Under the pieces are notes generated by a model. It was not told where the DNA came from and did not search any database. It saw nothing but the letters and a program-made list of their open reading frames with translations. The translations under genes and the position numbers were made by a program. Below, piece after piece: positions 27,735 to 42,137 of a stretch of DNA of 64,000 bases. The stretch is from assembly GCA_951406725.2 (NCBI GenBank), contig OX597838.1:44330001-44394000 (forward strand), given 5' to 3'. Source of the stretch: Octopus vulgaris. Taxonomy: Eukaryota. Position 1 is the first letter of the stretch. Each line of letters opens with the position of its first letter.

Positions 27735-27950
27735 TATATAAAGTTAATCCAAACATGAAAATACAAAAAAAAACACAATAACGCGAGGTCGGTGAACAAA
27801 TATAGTATTATTGGACGCTCAGGAAAGAAAGAAAGAAGGAGGGTTTAACATTTCGAGCGGAGCTCTTTGTCGAAATATAGGAGAAAGAAAGATCCAGAGA
27901 AGGGAAGACAGAGGGAAAAAAATCGCCAACGGTACACACGCAGTCAGGGT
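27735..27950 (-). mobile_element. Short pseudo-LTR-like element with a degenerate HHR (27844-27875)
   Basis: Minus strand ttt-CGACAAA-GAGC-tcc-GCTC-GAAATGTT-aaa. The 3' end abuts (TA)n. Confidence 0.45.
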
Positions 27951-28277
27951 TTCCACACAATCTTTCTATCTATCTATTATATATGCGCGCACATGCGTGT
28001 GCCGGTGTCTATGTCTGTGCTTGTCTCCTTCCAAAATTTGAAAACTTAGCCGGTCGCTCGGGAAGCAATGCCGTTAGAATGAGTGCTAGACTTTAAAGAG
28101 TATATACTGGGGTGGATTTGTTTCAGTAAGCCTTTCAAGACGGCACCTCAGCTTGGCTTCAGTCCTGTCACTGAAACAAGCAAAATGAATAAAAAGAAAT
28201 ATCAACTCGTATATAGAATAGCGAATGGTAAACGATCGGAAACGTTACGTTATGTTTTACATTAGAGATTTAAAGTT

Positions 28278-28465
28278 GGCGAGCTGGCAGAAACGTTAGC
28301 GCGCCGGCCGAAATGTTCTGAGTTCAAATTCCGCCAAGGTCGACTTTGCCTTTCATCCTTTCGGGGTCGATAAATAAAGTACCAGTTTTGCAACTGGGGT
28401 CATTGTGATTCCTTTGTCCTTGTTTGTCCCCTCTATGTTTAGCTCCTTGTGGGCAGTAAAGAAAT
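28278..28465 (+). mobile_element. Nin/Deu-like SINE
   Basis: GGCGAGCTGGCAGAAACGTTAG...GAGTTCAAATTCCG...GCCTTTCATCCTTTCGGGGTCGATAAA. Confidence 0.8.
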
Positions 28466-28828
28466 ATATATTTTACATTAGAGATTTATGCAAAAGCGGG
28501 GGCAAAAAAAAAAAAGAAAATAGTAAATTTGCATTTCTATATTATAAAAAGTACGCATTACTTGGGTTCGAAACTCTGTTCTGTATAATTCTGAGGGAAG
28601 AACAATGGGCAGGCAGATGGAGAACTACAAAAAGTTAACTACTTTAATAGATGGAAAACGGTCAAGGAAAATTGCATGTATTCACGTTTGATACAAAAAT
28701 TTCATGCAACCATACAAACCATGTTTACCTACCTACCTACATATCACGCCTAACTATTACACCTACCTACCGACCTTCATACACACATACATACATACAA
28801 GTGTGAATATATGTATACATCTATGTAA

Positions 28829-28880
<52 letters not shown>

Positions 28881-29036
28881 TTATGTGTGTGTGTGTGTGT
28901 GCGTATGCACGTACACATTCTTATTTACATGATTTATACAATTACTCCATACATATATATATATACATGCATAAATAGCTATCTATCTATCTCGCTATCT
29001 ATCTGTGTGTGTGCGCACATGCATAGTGTGTATGAA

Positions 29037-29079
<43 letters not shown>

Positions 29080-29835
29080 TTGCATGTATACCTATCAAAG
29101 CGATATTCCGTAAATTGAAGAATAATAGTCAATTATGAAATATTTCTAGAGTTATGCTGTCGTGTAACGTACAATCATATTTCCGTGTGTTTTATCGCTC
29201 TCGTTGATAAACTGACATCTGTGATGTGGCTATTTGTCCTGTTACCGAAATCTTTACTCTAGATTTGTTTGTCACTCTCTCTTAAACGTCTCAGTCATTT
29301 GTCTTTTCTGCTTGCAAGAAAAGCACACAATTTGAACCGTAATTACGCTGTAGACATCATATATAACTAATGCCACGCAATGCCCGACTGCAAATAACTT
29401 GTGTAATGGTTGTTAACTGTTACTCTGAAATACCGGCTTTGTAATTATCGAAAGAAGCCTTAGACAAGCAGGTCTAAGTGGATTACACTTGAATACAAGT
29501 AATATTTTACCCGGGTATGAACGAAGGAATGAAGAGAAGGAAGGAAGGAATGAACGACTATACGTTTTCATAATCGCTTGGAAATTGCACCATTGGAATA
29601 GTAATATCATAAACATAACACACTATCAACTTGGCTTAAAGCTATAACGCTGTACAGATTTGCACATATTTGCCCTTCAGTCTTCTTTCTTTCTTGTTCC
29701 CTTCCCCGGCTTCCAAGCCATCTCCACTTCACTCCTCCATACATCAAGCTATCGATCGGTCAAGAATATTTATCGCAGGTTTATTAAGTTCTCCCTGTGA
29801 CTTCGTCTGGAAGCATTTTATTCTCCTCTCTTTCC

Positions 29836-29874
<39 letters not shown>

Positions 29875-30001
29875 GCTCTGAACTTTGAGAAACATGTGAT
29901 CTATCTTTGAATTTAAATCTGTAAAGAAATGTGATGAGTGACCTATATGGTTTCTTCTGAAATATCTATCGTCCCCCCTTGCAACACTCTCATTCTTTCA
30001 C

Positions 30002-30725
<724 letters not shown>

Positions 30726-31005
30726 TCTGTCTCTTTGCCTCCATTTATTTCATAGATATTTAAATGTACTAAAGTCTCTCGTTATATAAATATACAAACT
30801 CTGCAGTCAATTGGTCATCGGTTATGCAAAATTTTTTCCTTAACTTTGGGCCGGATACGAAAGCAAAGATATGTGCTAAAAGGAAACTTACTTCAATAAG
30901 AAATTCTTCTCCACCCACACACAGTCACATGCACGCGCTTGTTCGTGCATAAACATGCATACACACGGAAATACATACATACGTACATTCCCACACACAA
31001 TATAA

Positions 31006-31043
<38 letters not shown>

Positions 31044-31939
31044 ATGTGCGTGCGTATGTGTGTGTGTATGTGTATGTACGTAAACACACACACGCACATA
31101 AAAGAGAAATTCTGTTCGTTTGTGTGTTTGTTTGTCCCATAAAGTGAAAATAAACGGTTCAAAGGAGGCAACACTTGGTGTGCACAAACCTAGGACAGAC
31201 TGCATTGGGGCAAATATTCTCAGTGGTTGCGGTAAACGTGACACCGTCTTCGTTCCTCACGTTCCATTTATATCATCGAAGTTAAGCTCTTAGTTTCCGA
31301 TCACACTTCCTGAGATTTAATAAAAGTCAGGACCAAACACTAAAAGTTGCTGGATTGCAACTTGAAGAACAAACAGAAATTCCTATATGAAATCCATTTT
31401 TTTCTATTTCATTTATTATATGTTTTTTTTTCCTTATATAATACTCACATATAGGACGAGTAAGCATATATCTGGCTGACAGGACACAGTATTCGTAATT
31501 TCATTGGGCTATCACATACTGTTGCCTTGCCTACCATTCCTCTAATATAGCGTCGGAATTTCAGCACTAACACTGACTGGATACAGCATCTGTAATTTCA
31601 TTTCACTATTTCTTGCTCTATTTCTAATCACAAAAAAGAGCTCTACTAAAAAAATCGTAAAAAAAAATAATAAAAGATCACCAAACAAACGCACGACGTG
31701 CAATGATTTTTCTATATGAGCTGTGATGTTCCACTTGAACGCCAGCCTTTCTAATGCCCTTGCAGTCAACTGGATCCTGTAAAGCTATTTTTCTATATGA
31801 TATAGCCACTTTTCTAGCTTCTGGGCCCGAGTAAAAGTAAAAGGAATTACCCGATCAACGACGGATATTACTGCTAGTATATGTGTATACACACACACAC
31901 ACACACACAGACACACACACAGACACACACACACACACA

Positions 31940-32067
<128 letters not shown>

Positions 32068-32177
32068 TACAAGGTGTAAAGTAAAGATACTGAATATTCA
32101 GTATACACCACGTGGCAAAATTATGAGTTGAAAATATGTGGAAAAAATATATAAAAAATTATTTTTCCACATATTTT

Positions 32178-32227
<50 letters not shown>

Positions 32228-32885
32228 AAATTCGGAGAACAAGAGAAGAAGAATAAGAATGGAGAATATCGCATCTTTGATTTAAATCACATGACCGACC
32301 TTCGATATGGCGAAGAAAAGGTGTAAAATTGCAGTCAAATTAATATATATGAAAATATCTGTTATCAAGGCAATACAAAACGGGTTAAATTGAAAGTGAA
32401 TTAAGAAAATATCTCGAATAGATTAACGTTAAGAAGTAATATAATTTTCTAAGAAGAGCTAGTTTTCTATTTAACTTTTGTCAGTCGATAACAAAAGAAT
32501 GAAAAAGAAAGATGGAAATACTGAGTCACGACAAGCAGAAACAGAAATTCTCCATCACGACGATTAGTCATCTGTCTATTAAATCTGCTAAAAAGATTTT
32601 AAAGAAAAATTATGCATATTAGATTACAGGAAAAGTAATAATTAACAAATTATTTATTATTGAAATATTTAAATGCTTTTCTATTTTTATCAGAGAATTT
32701 CAATGTAAAATTATTTCTACAGTTTCATAATACTACTTAAGAAGTAATTATGTATTATATTTCCTTAAAGCCTTTAAAATTACCAGTATTGTACTAATAA
32801 TGGACCACTTCATATCATAGCTTTCCGTTTAAATCCAAAATGCATTTAGTATGAATCGTAGAATTACGTACATTGTCTATCTACA

Positions 32886-32949
<64 letters not shown>

Positions 32950-34013
32950 CAGATAGCGTCTCACCACTAGCATATAATTTGGAGCGAACATGAAATCGTG
33001 AAGCATGTTACGTCAACGTGAAATGAAGTGCTTTGCTCAAGAACACAACGCAACGCCCTGTCTGGGAATCGAACCCACGGTCTCCTAATCGTGAGTGCAA
33101 CACCCTAACCACTAAGCTATGCGCATTCACATCTGCCTATCTATCTATCTAATATCTCTTATATATATGTATATATATTAAGAGGCAGTGGAAGAAGAGG
33201 GAGAGGAGGAAGAAGAAGGAGAAGAAGAAGGAGGAAGAAGAAGAAGAAGAAGAAGAAGAAGAAGAAGAAGAAGAAGAAGAAGAAGAAGAAGAAGAAGAAG
33301 GGCAGAGGACGAGAAAGAAGAGAGGGAAGAAGACGTAGAAGACGAGAAAAAAGAGGAATAATAGGTGGAGGAGGAAGAGGAGATGGAAGTGGAGAAAAAA
33401 AGGAAGGGAAGGATGAAGGGGAAGCGGGGGAAGGTGGAGAGAGTAATGGTGATGGTGACGACGAAACGTCACGGACAATTATAATATAGACGTCTTTTAC
33501 GCCTATGATGCGGATGATAGTTGCGCTGAAGATGATGATAATCTTAACGACGAGGATGATGATAGTAAAGGAGGAGGGGGATGACGACGACGGCGATAAG
33601 GACGACGAAGGCAACGATTTTGACGATGACGAAGACAACGTCAACTACGATTTTGACGACATTGACAATATCTGTTGACGACTGATCGAGGCATTTAATA
33701 TTGACATTAGTCAACAACTGTGAAATGTAATGTATTGTAATACAAGGAATATATTGAATCGACGTCTCACTCTGCGAGTAACAAATTTTATCGTCCACAG
33801 AAGGATAAAATACAAAATGAGATGTCGTTGAAAATCATTTCAGAATATCATATCTCTTGAGCAGAGACTATTTCCTAATTACATTGTGGCAAATATAGTG
33901 AAAATGGTATAATAACCAGACAATGTGAAGTTATGAATTTTATTCAATATTTGTATATTAGATAAATGCATACAAAGCTTATCACCCTGTCTTTGTCTTC
34001 CAATCTGTCTCTG

Positions 34014-34047
<34 letters not shown>

Positions 34048-34345
34048 GTACACATGTGTACGTACAAGCATACCTATATATGCGAATCAATAAATATCTA
34101 ACGAATAGCACTGTTCTTTAAAGCAACTCACCTTGTTTATGTTTACCGAAATTACTGTGTTGAAAGCAATGTGGAAATATAAACTACATGTACCTATATT
34201 GGAAGACATACGCATATGTAATATATATATACATGTATATATATATATATGTGTGTGTGTGTGTATTTGCCTCTATGTGCATATATATATATGTATGTGC
34301 ATATATGTGCATATATATATATGTATATATATATATATGTGCATA

Positions 34346-34411
<66 letters not shown>

Positions 34412-34719
34412 GCACATATATATATATACATATACGTGTATGCGTATGTGTATAATTATGCATATGTAAATATATGACACTGGAAAGAAAGCTCTGTTGC
34501 ATTTTTCACTTGATCAATTCTGTGGCTAGTCTTTCAATACTTAGCATAAATATTTACATTCTAATGTTCTTCTTACTTTCGTTAGAGATTACTTCACGTC
34601 GTAGCGTTTAAATTCGTGTTGATTTTACCCTTTAAACTGGATTTGGACTGAGAGCCAAATCAGACATCGCAAGCGAAAGGATTTCTAATCAGTCTTCAAC
34701 AATTAAATCCGCAAGAAAT

Positions 34720-35600
34720 ATTTGTTCTGTCTAAGGGACTGAATCTTTAAGTGTTCGGGCATTCCAACAATTTTGTTTCTTTTTACAAATTCACTTGAAT
34801 CTGGTTGGCTGTATTCTGTAAATATGGAGCTTCTGAAAACCGTGGTTGAAGAAAATGCAAAGCAAACTGCACCAGAAATAGCGAAACAGTTCAATTCAAG
34901 TCATATTTTTACGGAATAGGAAAACTATTTAAACGTGGTTTGTGGTTTTTTCATGATATAACTGCCTGTCAACTAAATCGCAGTTGCCCTCTGCTCGTCG
35001 TCGAAGAGTAGACTTGTGCTGAATCTTTCTTGCGTAGAACCATTCCAACTGGTGTAAAGTGCGTTCTTTATAGTTATATCCAACGAAAGCGACAAAACTT
35101 AACAGCCAACAAAAAGTAGAGTCCATCTTAAAACTAGCGCTTCTCACAAGAGTAGTTATGGTCTGTATTTTTGGTAGGATATGAAAGGTGTCTATCGTGA
35201 AGTGTTAAACTAAAATTAAACAGTAAATGCGCAGCAGTTTTGCCGTCAATTGCAAGCGCAGCGCAAAAACTTTGCAGAAAAGCGCTCATCATTGGTCAGT
35301 CCCAGAGGTGTGTTGCTATCATACGATAATGCAAGACTACGTATTGTGCAAGGCACGTGGGAAAGGATTATGGGACTAAAGATGAAATTCCTCTTACTTT
35401 CGTGATTTTGCTCCATCTGACTTTTCAAATCGTTGCAACATTATTTAGAAGAATACGATTTATTAATTTTGAAGAGGTTAAAATTGGGAGGTTTTTTTAC
35501 ACTGAAACCTGAAGTGTTTTATGCCCTAGGGAACAACAGTTTGTCAAATAGATGGGAATACTTTATCAATATGTCGGAGCTGTATTATTTTGATTAAATA
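34720..35600 (+). pseudogene. Degenerate mariner-like transposase
   Basis: Fragments EIAKQFNSSH, VMVCIFW*DMKGV, TVNAQQFCRQL, GVLLSYDNARL, FAPSDF, FYALGNNSLSNRWE and terminal YFD*. Confidence 0.75.
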
Positions 35601-36929
35601 TATTAATTAAGATCAAAGAAGCATTTGTTTCTTTCCCATCTTCTGATGCAAACGGGTTATACTTCTAAAATTGGATGCTGCATGGTTGAACTGATGATTA
35701 ATATTTCATCCTCAGCAAATATAAAAATAATGGGTAATTGTAATTGACAAAATCATAACACAAACAATGTTAACTGTCAGGCTATTTACACGTAAAACAA
35801 CAAACAAAACAGAATAGACTACATGAGTTTGACAGCGAATAATCTTAAAACACGATATATTCAACATAGTTATGCATGAAGGAACAACGAAGGCGATTAA
35901 ACGTATGTATAACGAAATATATAAAGTTCTCCAAACGTATCAGCATAACTTGCAATATCAGCTGGAATTTTTTAAACAAAGGAAAACCTTATACACTTTG
36001 CAATACTTATTGTAGTTTATCCACATTATACAAATATTAAATTTCGAAAAAAATTTAAAAGCATCACCTTTTCCCCAGTCTACATTTATTCTACCTAATT
36101 TCACTGGGCCAGAATAATATTATCTGCATCTCTCCACCTCATACATGGTTTCTTAATTTACTCATCTAGATTGTGGTTTCATAGTCGTTGTGGAAATCGT
36201 GATGTATCCGCTGCCATCAATGTTCTTTGTCAGGTATAAGGCTACCATACCCTATCACGCTGTATCTGTCTTAAATACGCGGCACAGGCACGGAGAACAA
36301 CATTTCATCTCATGCTTTCTTGTGAGAGATGGTACCCACGGCATGATGAGGAATAAACACAACAGCATCTCTGTATCAAACTCGGTGCGCTCCGATATAC
36401 AGTTTGTGCTTGGGCCTGAAACCCTGATGGTATCCTGTCTAGCACCACGTTTAATCATAGATGATTGCTTTCCAGCTGTATGGCTCGGCTCGGTCAGGAA
36501 CACGTGATTGTCAGATTTGAGCCTGATAACTTTTATTCGATCTGATAGATGACTCAGTCATTGCAGTAATACGTCCAGTGATGCCGAGCCAACATCACAT
36601 CTTCACGTGGTTTTGACCAGCAAGTGAAACAGTTAATCACAGTATGGCGTTTACGCCACATCTGAGAAAATGTTCGTAGATAGATGGAGATCAGTGATAA
36701 CCGTCCTCCCTGTCAATTAGGGAAAGAAGCATGATAGCCATCAAAGACAATGCCTCTTCCTAGAGCTTATTTTACATCACATATATATGTACATGTTTTT
36801 GCGTATGTGTCTATATTTGCGCGTGTCTAAATGAAAGTGTGTGAGGATATAAGCATTCATATATATGTGTGTCTGTGCATGTGTATTTACATATATATGT
36901 GTATATGTATATGCATATATATATATATT

Positions 36930-36986
<57 letters not shown>

Positions 36987-37854
36987 TATATATATATACA
37001 TATATATATATCCATAAACATGCAGTACTTAAGCCATAAATATAGATGCCTTGCAATATATATATATATATAGCTGTGCCTGTGTCTCTGTGTACCTGTG
37101 TGTTTTATGTGGTGTCCGTTTTGGGGCTGAGTCTGTTGCTTTGCGTGTTTATGTTCATCTCTATATACATATAGCAATACACATCCTAATAATACATGTA
37201 TACACAGGCGTATTATACGTAAACATATAAATGTAAATATATGCATATAGGCACATGCATAATGATATGTAAGTATGTATATTATTTGCGGAATCTTTTT
37301 TACAAACTGCTAATTTTTCGAAGCTCCACTGATATTTTCTACTCAATTAACCAATAGCATGATCAATGAATGGAAATACTCTTTACAAGAACTGGAATTT
37401 GTCATCCGGAAATTTGATGCCAGTACCAAAGTTTGTGAAGCAGATGTATCTAGATCAAGAGCGAATTGAATAATCACAAAACGATTGTGATATAGCACGG
37501 ACTAAAAACGCAGTGGTCCATTCGCCAAAGTAAAAGAACCGTGGTAAAAGACGTGTGGTATAATTGGCACATCAAAAGCATAAACAGCGTGCTGTTATGC
37601 CTTATACATGAACTGGAATTTTACCCTACGCCCATAAATATACACACATTGGAGAGAAGAGTCAAACATATACTCTCTCCTCGGGTCATAATAACACTTA
37701 AGTATGTATTATGTTTTCTCCAGTTCAAGCCGCAATAATTGAAATATTAGATATCTAGTGACAAAAAACAATATCGCAGAAATTATCGATTCATCTCCCT
37801 CTCCCTTTTCTCTCTCTTTCTCTCTCTCTCTCCTTTCCCCTCCCTCTCTCCTTC

Positions 37855-37889
<35 letters not shown>

Positions 37890-38125
37890 GGCTTTTAAAG
37901 AATCTTACCTTTTGGGATGGATCTTCGTTGAATCTATAAACAGGATAATGATAAAGTTCCTTCGCAAGCCATATGAACGCATAGGGACGGTTTCCCGGTT
38001 TCCATGGACAGGACGCTGGTCCATCATAGGATTACTCATTTTTGCCAGCTGAGAGGACTGCAGCAGCGTGGAAAGTGTTTTGCTCAAGAACACAACGCGT
38101 AACCTGGTCTAGAAATCGAAACCAC

Positions 38126-38407
38126 ATCATCATCATTGTTCGACCGTGGTCGAGACAATGGAATTTACTATGTTATGCCAGACTTCACGGTCCATCATAG
38201 CATTACGGAGGTCCAGTTGCTGGATGCCTGTATCCCTGGAGATTACATCAGGGTGGGAGAGTGTGCGCCCTCTGGTATCGCGAGCAGATGGCTTCCTCGT
38301 TTTCAGCTCTACAACAATGTCCAGCAAACTGGACTCTTCTACCTTTCACAAGAGATGATACAGGTGCTAGTTTCCCATATATGTGTACTTTGGTTGGATG
38401 ATACTTC
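38126..38407 (-). mobile_element. 3' end of an RTE-like LINE inserted into a SINE (host SINE about 37960-38462)
   Basis: RGRTLSHPDVISRDTG...LRNAMMDREVWHNIV* followed by a (TGA)n tail. The SINE head is split at CCACA, which is present on both sides. Confidence 0.7.
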
Positions 38408-38786
38408 CACAATCTTACGGTCATGAGTCCAATACCCTGACTACTAAGCTACAAGCCTTCACGATGACTCTGTACTAAAAAAAATTAATCCCTTTATACT
38501 AACGATAATTGATAAGATAAAAATGTGAATTTCCAAAATGGTGTCGCACTCCTTGCCACTTCTTAAGTTGATTAACAAATTATGCAAGTGCAAACGAGCT
38601 AAAACTCTGTTAACTTAGCTGTATAGTGCAAACGAGCTAAAACTGTTAACTTAGCTTCAGTTGCAACCATGCAGTTCAGGGTTCAGTCACGGTGCTTGAA
38701 ACCTTGGGCGAGTGTCTGTTACAATAGCATTGGTTAGGCGAATATCTTGTCAGTGAACTTCCCAGACGGAAACTGTGTACAAGCTC

Positions 38787-38920
<134 letters not shown>

Positions 38921-38924
38921 TATA

Positions 38925-39036
38925 TAGAAGGAGCTTCTACAGGACTAGAACTGTTTCATTCAAGAGAAATCTTCAGGAAGCTTCCTGAAGATTTCTCTTG
39001 AATGAAACAGTTCTAGTCCTGTAGAAGCTCCTTCTA
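38925..39036. ncRNA. Perfect 112-bp palindrome encoding a hammerhead motif on each strand (+ 38979-39029; - 38932-38982)
   Basis: agcttc-CTGAAGA-t-ttc-tctt-gaa-t-GAAACAG-ttctagtc-CTGTA-gaagct, centred at 38980/38981. A unique tail at 39047-39115 follows, and the unit is flanked by (TA)n. Confidence 0.85.
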
Positions 39037-39112
39037 AATAATAAATTAATTTTACTCTGCTATGTATTGAGTACCTTATTTACTGTGGTTAACCCCGAAT
39101 CAACCCGGGACC

Positions 39113-39150
<38 letters not shown>

Positions 39151-39151
<1 letters not shown>

Positions 39152-39542
39152 TAGCAGTATCTCCCGGCGTTGCTCGGGTTTGTTTCGACCCGCTGGAATT
39201 GGAATTTTTGAAAAGTAAAACTTTTGCATTATGTAGCTTGTTATTCTCTTCAAGTGAACATTTTTCTGGTTGAAATACACCGAAAAGTGGCGACACAGCA
39301 GTCAAAAAATCGTTAAAAAATAGGGATTTTCATAGAAAAAAGCACCTTTTTGATGTAAATAATTTTTGGTGTTAACATGGTCCTATTTGAATTTTATCTG
39401 CTACGGAAGAAAGAGCAACCCTTCTTCTATCATACTCTCAATTTTGGTCAACTTGCGCCGCAGGGTCTCGGAGGAGATAGTGTTAGTTGAAGGCTACCAA
39501 ACCTGGTGCACATAGGCAACTTCAGCTTTATATAGAGAGAGA
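39151..39542 (-). mobile_element. Non-autonomous Helitron
   Basis: Minus strand starts TC(TC)nTATATAAAGC and ends CCCGAGCAACGCCGGGAGATACTGCTAG, essentially the same 3' end as 18553-19574. Confidence 0.8.
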
Positions 39543-39656
39543 TAACACACACACATTAATACACATACATACACACACACATACATGTATGTATGGATGT
39601 ATGTATGTATATATGTACATCTGTCCAATTCTTGCCATGTTTTTATCCTTCACTTC

Positions 39657-39696
<40 letters not shown>

Positions 39697-39705
39697 ACAC
39701 TCACA

Positions 39706-39758
<53 letters not shown>

Positions 39759-40319
39759 GCACACACACACACCTTCTTAGCTTAAAATTTCTTTCTTTCA
39801 ACAATTGACAACTGAAGTACGCTCGCAAATTAATACTACGAAAACTTAGCGACAGAAAGTAAATTAAAAACCAATTTACCGTTTCTGTTGAGTTATCATG
39901 GCAATTCGACCGTCTGATTTTCTTAAATCCGTTTCTTTTCTTCAAGTGAACATAGTTCCTATCGATTCTTAAAGTCCTTTGTGAAATCTAGGAGTGTTTT
40001 TTTTTGTTATTTCTCGAGAAAGTTTTGTTTCCTCGACACTAAAAACTAACGGGAAGTAGACAATAGTCCCAGTACAATTGGTGTAATACTGTAACTCATA
40101 ATGTGAGAAGCTATAGCATCTACTCACCATATGTCAGTGAATTGTTGCTGTGTGTTTGCAAATGTATTCGAATGAGAAAGTGAATTGTGTTTGACGCCTT
40201 GTTTACTAATAACAAACACACACGTGTGTGTGTGTGTGTTTGAGTGTTTGTATGTAGTTGTTTGAAACGTTTGTGTTTGTCACCGTCATATATGTATATG
40301 TTTGCGTGTCTATGTGTGT

Positions 40320-40848
40320 AAAGAGAAAGTAGGAGAAAGTGTGGTAATAGAAAGAGTAAAGCATTTGAAGGGAGAGAGGGAAATCGTAAAATATTGAGTT
40401 TTCTCGAATTTTTGCTTAATTGGGGGTCAAATTGAAAGAAATTTATATGCCATGACCCAATAGAATGTACTTCGAAACATCATAGGTAAATTCCAATTGA
40501 AGAAATTGTGTGAGGAGTAAATCCTTATGTATTTATTTGTTTCTGTTTCCTCTGTATTTTTTTTGAGTAGTGGTTTAAGGTACATTTGCAAAGAGAAAGT
40601 AGGAGAAAGTGTGGTAATAGAAGGAGTGAAGCACTTGAAATGAGAGAGGCAAATCGTAGAAAATTTAGTTTTCTCGAATTTTTGCTTAATTGGGGGTCAA
40701 ATTGAAAAAAAATTATATGCCATGACCCAATCGAATCTACTTCGAAAAATCATAGGTAAATTCCAATTGAAGAAATTCTATATTGTACAAATGTATTAAA
40801 AAGAAACATAGTCACAGGCAGAGAAAATCTGCCTTTTATCATAAGATA
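40320..40848 (-). mobile_element. Repeat with two ~190-bp internal units (40320-40507, 40590-40777), possibly a Helitron 5' part
   Basis: Diverged direct repeats. Minus strand begins TCTTATGATAAAAGGC next to (TA)n. No CTAG/hairpin 3' end found. Confidence 0.45.
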
Positions 40849-40862
40849 TATATATAAATATA

Positions 40863-40947
<85 letters not shown>

Positions 40948-41278
40948 TGTAGGTATGTATATATGTTTGAGTGGATGCATATGTTAGTATTTCTCAACGC
41001 CTGCCCAGCTCACCACTTGGAAATGGGTGTTTGTTTGGTCCTTGTAACTTACTGGTTCGGAAAGAGTGACCTAGGGAATAACGAGCAGATTTTAAAATGG
41101 GTATTGGTGTCCGACGATGATTTTTCTGGGTCTGTTTTTAGGGCTCGTATTTTTAAAGACCATTTGATTCGGCCCCACGAGCCGAATCAATTACCTGACC
41201 GCTTGATGAGTTAGGTTCCTGTCATGAACCTAGAAAACTGTAAGTTGCATAGGGCCGATGCAAAGAGTTTTTAAATCC

Positions 41279-41381
<103 letters not shown>

Positions 41382-41824
41382 CACTTATGGATGCTGGTGC
41401 ATTTTCACGTATATATATAAAAGGATATATGTAAGCATACGTTTAACGATGGAAGTATATTCTTATATATATACACCCATTATATTTACACACACACACA
41501 CATATATTTATTTATATAATGTGTGTATATATACATAAACATATACCTGCATAGTTAAATGTATGCTTACGTATGCTATATATATATATATATATAATAG
41601 AAATATTAAAATTACTAATTCTCTCTAAAAGAGATTACGGCAGCGTTACTGGAAATTAATTGTTATCGCCATATTAATATGGCAGTCTTATAGATATAAG
41701 ACTAAAGCTGTCGCTGATTAGCTCCATGAGGCCATCGACTTAAGCTAGCTATTTGACACACAAACTGTGTCCATTATAACCTTCGAACAAGGGAGGTCAG
41801 CCGCTTCACACTGCCAGTCAGACA

Positions 41825-41867
41825 GCTACAGACGAGTTTCAGGGTATTTGCCCTTTGTCAATGTAGC
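41825..41867 (-). ncRNA. Minimal hammerhead ribozyme motif with U3-A8 core
   Basis: Minus strand: gctaca-TTGACAA-aggg-caaata-ccct-GAAAC-TC-GTC-tgtagc. Stem I 6 bp. Enclosed by a 12-bp inverted repeat at 41778-41789 and 41905-41916. Confidence 0.8.
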
Positions 41868-42105
41868 GTAGTCAGACCCAGCAGGTGTCACCACTGATCG
41901 TCTCTGTTCGAAGGTTTTATTTACCTAGTTTCGGCAGGGGGTGGTGATCCCTGCTGTACTCTTTCACCACTCTTTCTCTCACTCTTTCATCTGTTGGCCT
42001 GCTCGCTTAGCCAGCGGGGTGGCGTCATTCAAAAGCTAAAACAATGCGATCGCCATGTGACCAGCGATGTGTAGCAACATCTGATGGTCTGGTCGGTCAC
42101 GTGAT

Positions 42106-42137
<32 letters not shown>

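Noticed and set aside
36190-36720. Possible degraded RT (KRGARQD) on the minus strand
   Set aside because: Single weak motif with no flanking RT motifs found.
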